Shown: piece after piece, positions 58,883 to 64,000 of the stretch
How the letters are laid out: the number at the start of each line of letters is the position of its first letter
Position numbering within the stretch: the stretch's first letter is position 1
Assembly (NCBI GenBank): GCA_965226375.1
Contig: CBDDCX010000008.1
Location: 1,696,001-1,760,000 of the forward strand
Direction of reading: 5' to 3'
From: Longimicrobiales bacterium
Lineage (GTDB): Bacteria; Gemmatimonadota; Gemmatimonadetes; Longimicrobiales; Gaopeijiaceae
DNA length: 64,000 bases
The notes under the pieces: generated by a model
The model's database searches: none
What the model was told of the DNA's origin: nothing
Seen by the model: the letters and a program-made list of their open reading frames with translations, nothing else
Position numbers and translations under genes: made by a program

Positions 58883-60076
58883 CTACGCAATGCTCCCTCG
58901 CCCCTCGGTTCGAGCCACGTGGGTAACGTCTTTGTCTCCTCGGCCACTCAAGCATACAAGAAGTGAGCCGCGCTCCTCGTACGCCGGCGCCATCTCCAAC
59001 ACATGAGCCACAGCATGTGCGCTCTCCAGGGCCGGAATGATGCCCTCGAGTTCAGACAACCGATGAAACGCCTCGAGAGCCTCCGCATCCGTCATGGACA
59101 CGTATCGAGCCCGACCAGATTCCTTGAGGGACGAATGCTCCGGACCTACGCCCGGATAATCCAGACCCGCCGAAATCGAGTGTGCCGGTGCCACCTGGCC
59201 GTCGCTGTTCTGAAGAACATAACTCATGGCCCCGTGGAGGACACCAGGTTTTCCGGCTGCCAGCGTGGCGGAGTGTCGACCCGAGTCCAGGCCCTCCCCG
59301 GCTGCCTCGACCCCGATCAGCTCGACGTCATCATCTCGAAAGGCATGGAAGATCCCCATGGCGTTGGATCCCCCCCCAACACACGCCACTATGGCCGCCG
59401 GCAGGGCGTCTGTCCGATCGAGCATCTGTTCACGGGCCTCGACGCCGATGATCGCCTGGAGGTCCCTCACGATGCGGGGAAATGGCGCGGGCCCCACCAC
59501 CGAACCGATGATGTAGTGGGTGGTCTCGACGTGAGTCACCCAGTCCCGGATCGCTTCGTTCGTCGCGTCCTTGAGGGTTCGCGTGCCTGAAGCCACGGGA
59601 CGCACCTCTGCGCCCAGTAGCTCCATCCTGTAGACGTTCAGCGCCTGCCGCGCGATGTCTACCTCTCCCATGTAGACCACACACTCGAGATCGAAGAGCG
59701 CACAGGCGGTCGCGGTCGCGACTCCGTGTTGGCCCGCCCCCGTCTCGGCAATGATGCGGCGCTTACCCATACGGCGAGCCAGGAGGGCCTGACCCAAGGT
59801 GTTGTTGATCTTGTGGGCACCTGTGTGGTTGAGGTCTTCCCTCTTGAGGTAGATAGGCCCCGCCCCCGCGTACTCCTCGAGCCGCCGCGCCCGGTACAGG
59901 GGCGAGGGGCGACCCACATAGTCACGAAACAGGGCTGCGAGTTCACTGTGGAACGCACTGTCCGCCGCGGCCGCCTCGTACGCCGCCTCCAGTTCGTCCA
60001 GAGCCGATATGAGCGTTTCAGGGACGTATCGGCCACCGAAGGACCCGAAGCGACCCGCTTCAGCCTGAATGCTCAT
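58883..60076 (-). CDS. trpB: Tryptophan synthase beta chain
   Basis: [48 protein letters not shown] and SGRGDKD. Confidence 0.98.
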   Translation of the reverse strand: MSIQAEAGRFGSFGGRYVPETLISALDELEAAYEAAAADSAFHSELAALFRDYVGRPSPLYRARRLEEYAGAGPIYLKREDLNHTGAHKINNTLGQALLARRMGKRRIIAETGAGQHGVATATACALFDLECVVYMGEVDIARQALNVYRMELLGAEVRPVASGTRTLKDATNEAIRDWVTHVETTHYIIGSVVGPAPFPRIVRDLQAIIGVEAREQMLDRTDALPAAIVACVGGGSNAMGIFHAFRDDDVELIGVEAAGEGLDSGRHSATLAAGKPGVLHGAMSYVLQNSDGQVAPAHSISAGLDYPGVGPEHSSLKESGRARYVSMTDAEALEAFHRLSELEGIIPALESAHAVAHVLEMAPAYEERGSLLVCLSGRGDKDVTHVARTEGRGSIA

Positions 60077-60747
60077 CGTTTCTCCGCATCCGGGATGGGA
60101 GCGTCGTGCGTCCCAGCGTTACGCACGAACGCTCGAATCAGATCGTGATCCTTGAGCCCGGGCGAAAGCTCCACGCCCGAGCTGACGTCGACCACATCCG
60201 GTGAGAGCACCCGCACCGCGCGTCCAACATTGTCTGGAGTGAGGCCTCCGGCGGCGATCAGCTCGACCGTCGACGGAAAGGCGTCTACGAGGGAAGCGAC
60301 GTCCTCCCATTCGAACGAGACGCCCCCGCCTCCCGGGCGGTCAGGGCGCCAGGCGTCCAGAAGTAAACCGTCCACCGAAGCCCCGTATTCGCTCACAGCC
60401 CGCCTCACGTCCTCTGGTTCTCTCACCCTCACGGCCTTCCAGATGGCCCAATCGCCCCGCATGCGCAACTCCTGCACAAACCCCGGGCTCTCTTCCCCAT
60501 GAAGCTGAATCACCTCAGCGCCCACCAGCGCAGCGATACGGTGGGCCTCATCCACAGATTCGTTCACCAAGACCGCGACCACAGGTGTATCCACCGCGAG
60601 CGCGATATCCACCGCCTGATCGGGCAGAAGGCTTCTGCCGAATCCCTGTGAGAGGATCATACCGAGATAACTCGCCCCGAGCTCCTCCGCCGCTCGCGCG
60701 TCCACCGCGGAACAGATTCCGCAGATCTTGACCCGCACGTCAGCCAT
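60073..60747 (-). CDS. trpF: Phosphoribosylanthranilate isomerase
   Basis: [25 protein letters not shown] and VDVSSGVE. Confidence 0.96.
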   Translation of the reverse strand: MADVRVKICGICSAVDARAAEELGASYLGMILSQGFGRSLLPDQAVDIALAVDTPVVAVLVNESVDEAHRIAALVGAEVIQLHGEESPGFVQELRMRGDWAIWKAVRVREPEDVRRAVSEYGASVDGLLLDAWRPDRPGGGGVSFEWEDVASLVDAFPSTVELIAAGGLTPDNVGRAVRVLSPDVVDVSSGVELSPGLKDHDLIRAFVRNAGTHDAPIPDAEKR

Positions 60748-61564
60748 GATCCCGAGCCCTCCTCGTCGCTCCCGCGAGGGCGGCCACCCCCTCGCCGGGA
60801 TCGTCCTGGCGGAGCAGCGACTCTCCGACCAATACGGCGTCCACTCCCTTGTCACCGAGCATGCGCACGTCGTCCCGAGTCCGGACACCGCTTTCGGAGA
60901 CCAGGACCACCTCCGGAGGAATCCGGTCCAGAAGGCCGAGCGTCACCTCCAGCCGGGTCTCGAACGTCTGCAGATTCCGATTGTTCACGCCGAGTAGTGT
61001 GGCGCCAGACGCCACACCGCGATCGACCTCCTCTCCGTCGTGGGCCTCGACCAGAGCCGTCATGCCCAACTCCTCGGCCAAGACGCGTAGGGAGCGCAGG
61101 AGCGTGTCGTCGAGAATCCGAGCGATGAGCAGGATGGCGTCCGCCCCGGCGGCCCTCGCCTCGTAGATCTGAGACTCGTGGATCATAAAGTCCTTCCGGA
61201 GGACAGGTAGGCCTACCAGAGCTCGGGCCCCGGTCAAATCTTCGAGTGAACCTCCAAAGTAGTCGCGGTCCGTCAGTACACTCAGGGCCGCCGCGCCTCC
61301 GGCCTGATAGATCGGCGCGAGTTGCAAGGGATCCAGATCGGGACGAATAAGCCCGGCGCCCGGCGATCGCCTCTTGATCTCCGCGATCACCGCAACGGAC
61401 TCGCGACCGCGGAGGGCTCCGAAGAAGTCCCGAGGAGGGCCTGCGCTCTCAGCCGCAGCCCGCAGCTCCGTAACCCGATCTGCGAGCCCCGCCACCTCCT
61501 GCCGTTTGGTTTCCACGATCCGCTCGAGTATACCCACCGGGGCACCACCCACCGGAGCACTCAT
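60740..61564 (-). CDS. trpC: Indole-3-glycerol phosphate synthase
   Basis: IAEIKRRSP, LSVLTD..FGGS, LRKDF, GVNNRNL, SESG and LVGESL. Confidence 0.96.
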   Translation of the reverse strand: MSAPVGGAPVGILERIVETKRQEVAGLADRVTELRAAAESAGPPRDFFGALRGRESVAVIAEIKRRSPGAGLIRPDLDPLQLAPIYQAGGAAALSVLTDRDYFGGSLEDLTGARALVGLPVLRKDFMIHESQIYEARAAGADAILLIARILDDTLLRSLRVLAEELGMTALVEAHDGEEVDRGVASGATLLGVNNRNLQTFETRLEVTLGLLDRIPPEVVLVSESGVRTRDDVRMLGDKGVDAVLVGESLLRQDDPGEGVAALAGATRRARDHG

Positions 61565-61614
61565 TCTCGCCCCCGATGACCGGCTAAACACCATGATCCC
61601 CACACGTCCTTGCG

Positions 61615-61659
61615 CTTCGGGCAACGTTCGGGTATCGTTTGTTCGGGTCCTATTCGGGT
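61615..61659 (+). promoter_or_regulatory. Candidate LexA operators (GTTC-N7-GTTC-like direct repeats)
   Basis: CTTC-N7-GTTC-N7-GTTT (61615-61640) and GTTC-N7-ATTC (61641-61655), directly upstream of the lexA RBS. Confidence 0.6.
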
Positions 61660-61683
61660 GCCATCGATACGGAGGCGAACACA

Positions 61684-62292
61684 ATGCCCCTGACGAAGCG
61701 ACAAAAAGAGATCCTCGATCATATTGAGAGTTTCATCGACGAGCACGGGTACGCGCCGAGCTTCGAAGAGATCGCTGAGGCGTTCGGATACTCATCCCTC
61801 GCCACAGTGCACGAGCATCTGAGCAATCTGGAGCGCAAGGGCTACATCCGGAAGGCCTACAACGAGAGCCGGTCCATCGAGTTGGTCGGGCACCCGTCCT
61901 CGCCCGGAGGGCTCGAGTTGCCGCTCCTGGGGGCTGTGGCCGCCGGGCTTCCGATCGAGGCCATCGAGCAGCAGGAGACCCTCGCCGTGCCGCCGGACAT
62001 GGTGCGGGCCGGGAGCGACAACTTCGTGCTTCGTGTGCAGGGTGAGTCCATGATCGACGAGCAGATCCGCGACGGAGACTACATCGTCGTGACGGCGCAG
62101 GAGACAGCCACCGACGGCCAGATGGTCGTTGCTCTGATCGGGGGTGATTCTGCGACCGTCAAGAAGCTGTATCGCGAGAGCGACGGTCGTATTCGGCTGC
62201 AGCCGGCCAACCCGGCCATGCAACCGATTCTCGAGGATCCGGACAACGTCCAGATTCAAGGCGTCGTCGTGGGGGTGATCCGAAAGTACTAG
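61684..62292 (+). CDS. lexA: SOS repressor LexA
   Basis: LTKRQKEILD, PSFEEIA, HLSNLERKGYI, VAAG cleavage site, GESM (Ser) and ATVKK (Lys). GGAGG RBS. Confidence 0.97.
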   Translation: MPLTKRQKEILDHIESFIDEHGYAPSFEEIAEAFGYSSLATVHEHLSNLERKGYIRKAYNESRSIELVGHPSSPGGLELPLLGAVAAGLPIEAIEQQETLAVPPDMVRAGSDNFVLRVQGESMIDEQIRDGDYIVVTAQETATDGQMVVALIGGDSATVKKLYRESDGRIRLQPANPAMQPILEDPDNVQIQGVVVGVIRKY

Positions 62293-62320
62293 TGTGGTGT
62301 AGCGGAAGTCACCACACTAG
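62289..62320. repeat. 32-bp CTAG-bounded mini-palindrome between convergent lexA and trpD
   Basis: CTAGTGTGGTG-TAGCGGAAGT-CACCACACTAG. Contains the lexA TAG. Confidence 0.6.
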
Positions 62321-62326
62321 ATACGC

Positions 62327-63382
62327 TCAGGGCTTGCGAGTCGCCGCCTTGAGCAAGTTCAGAGCTTCCAGCGCCTGGCCGTTGTCGAGGGCCTCCCTGG
62401 CCAGATCGACACTCGCCTCCAACGTCTCCGTAGCACCCGAAACGTAGATAGCCGCGCCGGCGTTCAGCAGCACGGCCGACCGGGCACCTGCCTGCCCCGC
62501 TCCCTCGAGCACTGCCATGATGACCTCGGCGTTTTCCATGGGCTCGCCCCCGGCCAACTCCTCGGCCGAGCAAGGCTGCATGCCGAAGTCCTCGGGGCTG
62601 ATCGTACGCTCGCTCACCACACCGTCCACCAACTCGGCCACTCGCGTAGGCCCCATGGGACTGACCTCGTCCATCCCGGGCTCCCCGTGCACGACCAGCG
62701 CGTGGGCATGGCCCAACTCATGGAGCGCCTCGATCACGAGCGAAACCAGAGACGGATCCGCCACACCCACCAACTGCCTGCCGACCCCGGCCGGGTTGGT
62801 GAGCGGTCCCAGAATGTTCATCACCGTGGGAAAGCCGAGCTCCCTACGAACGGGCCCGACATGCCTCATGGCCGGGTGCAGGAGAGGAGCGAACATAAAA
62901 ACGAGCCCGACCTCTTTGAGCACGATAGCCATCTCTTCCGGAGTGAGCTCGATGCGTACTCCGAGCGCTTCCAGAACATCGGCACTCCCGCTTCGGGAGG
63001 TGAACGAGCGATTGCCGTGCTTGGCAATGCGTACCCCCGCCCCGCAGGCGACCAGCGCGGCGGCCGTGGAGATGTTGAAGGTGGTCACGGCCCCGCCCCC
63101 CGTCCCACAGGTGTCGATAAGCTGGTCCGTCGCCTCGGATGCCACACGCACCATCGCCTTGCGGAGCGCTCTCACGCCTCCGGCCACCTCGACGGGGAGG
63201 ACACCCCTCACGCGAAAGGCGGTGAGCAGCGAGGACATCTGCGCCGGAGAAGCACTTCCGTCCATGAACGTGTCGAACGCGAACTCCGCCTCTGCCGCGT
63301 TGAGGTGCTCGCCGTCGGCCACCTTGAGAAGGACATCCCGAAGGTCCGGCGAGTGCGACGATGAGGTGGGACTCTGACTCAT
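62327..63382 (-). CDS. trpD: Anthranilate phosphoribosyltransferase
   Basis: DTCGTGG, TFNIST, AKHGNRS..SGSADVL, HPAMR, NILGPLTNP and GMDE. Confidence 0.97.
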   Translation of the reverse strand: MSQSPTSSSHSPDLRDVLLKVADGEHLNAAEAEFAFDTFMDGSASPAQMSSLLTAFRVRGVLPVEVAGGVRALRKAMVRVASEATDQLIDTCGTGGGAVTTFNISTAAALVACGAGVRIAKHGNRSFTSRSGSADVLEALGVRIELTPEEMAIVLKEVGLVFMFAPLLHPAMRHVGPVRRELGFPTVMNILGPLTNPAGVGRQLVGVADPSLVSLVIEALHELGHAHALVVHGEPGMDEVSPMGPTRVAELVDGVVSERTISPEDFGMQPCSAEELAGGEPMENAEVIMAVLEGAGQAGARSAVLLNAGAAIYVSGATETLEASVDLAREALDNGQALEALNLLKAATRKP

Positions 63383-63471
63383 TCGAGATGGCGTTCCCGT
63401 AAAAAATGCAGTGCCGGAGAACGCGATTACCCCGGCAGAATACAGCTACAATTCAACCTTTCGGGCCTCGC

Positions 63472-63499
63472 TTGACAACAGTTACCTCCGTTCTACCTT
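63472..63499 (+). promoter_or_regulatory. Putative sigma70 promoter for truA
   Basis: TTGACA-N16-TACCTT, with the -10 element ending 6 nt before GTG 63506. Confidence 0.5.
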
Positions 63500-63505
63500 C
63501 CGGGC

Positions 63506-64000
63506 GTGGAATCCGCGAGGGTGAATCGCCTCAAGCTGATCCTTCAATATGATGGCTCAGCCTTCTTCGGCTGGCAGATGCAGCGTGAGGAGCGAACCGT
63601 TCAAGGGGAGCTCGAAGCGGCTCTGACGCGTCTTACGGGTGCCCGGCGCCCGGTCGAGGGATCGGGCCGAACGGATCGGGGAGTCCATGCGACCGGTCAG
63701 GTGGCGGCTGTGTCACTCCCTGAGAGCTGGGGACCGCCCAAGCTCGAGAAGGCTCTGAACGCTGTGCTGCCCAACGATATCTGGATCGAATCCGTCGAGT
63801 CGGCCGCCCCTGACTTCAGCCCCAGATACGATGCGGTTGCCCGCACGTACCTCTATCGACTCGGTGTCTCGGAGCAGAGCCGGTCTCCGTTTCATCGTCC
63901 TTGGTGCTGGGCCCTCACGACCGCGGTACACTCCGCCCTCTTGGGAAGAGCCGCCAATCTCCTGGCCGGGGAACACTCGTTCAAAGCCTTCGCCAAGTCG
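63506..64000 (+). CDS. truA: tRNA pseudouridine(38-40) synthase TruA (partial, runs off the window; absent from the ORF track)
   Basis: Manual translation gives LKLILQYDGSAFFGWQ, TVQGELE, SGRTDRGVHATGQV, LNAVLPNDI and FSPRYDA..RTYLY. Confidence 0.95.
   Translation, partial: MESARVNRLKLILQYDGSAFFGWQMQREERTVQGELEAALTRLTGARRPVEGSGRTDRGVHATGQVAAVSLPESWGPPKLEKALNAVLPNDIWIESVESAAPDFSPRYDAVARTYLYRLGVSEQSRSPFHRPWCWALTTAVHSALLGRAANLLAGEHSFKAFAKS

Overview
64 kb of high-GC bacterial chromosome. Gene content and protein style suggest Gemmatimonadota (inference, not verified). The left ~16 kb is accessory and partly decayed: two csp paralogs, mmuM, yaiI, an ArsR/SRPBCC/DUF5916 unit, a Cys/His-rich leader ORF ahead of a putative outer-membrane protein, a GNAT gene split by an IS1595 element, a truncated BTAD-kinase overlapping a response regulator, and an IS481 fragment cut by an IS3-family element. 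The middle holds a PaaJ/PcaF-type beta-oxidation operon, a lytic transglycosylase with an in-frame stop, rng-rplU-rpmA, a recQ gene broken by a second copy of the IS3-family element, and a branched-chain acyl-CoA cluster. That cluster includes AtuA, a carboxyltransferase, MeaB and a split B12 mutase with isobutyryl-CoA-mutase-type residues. The right part is housekeeping: mgtE, ybeY, 7TM-HD, phoH, aspS, rlmN, lepB, NFACT, the trp genes interrupted by lexA and a HEAT/HD-GYP pair, and partial truA. Strongest non-obvious signals: a conserved multi-hairpin 5' leader shared by both csp genes; a ~165-bp CTAG-bounded palindromic element in two diverged copies with mirrored substitutions, plus tiny collapsed relatives; an IS3-family element whose ends lie 6 bp outside its inverted repeats; a HEAT/HD-GYP pair sharing an unnamed N-terminal domain; a CruR-like leader peptide; and direct-repeat SOS-box candidates. 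No CRISPR array, rRNA or tRNA was seen.
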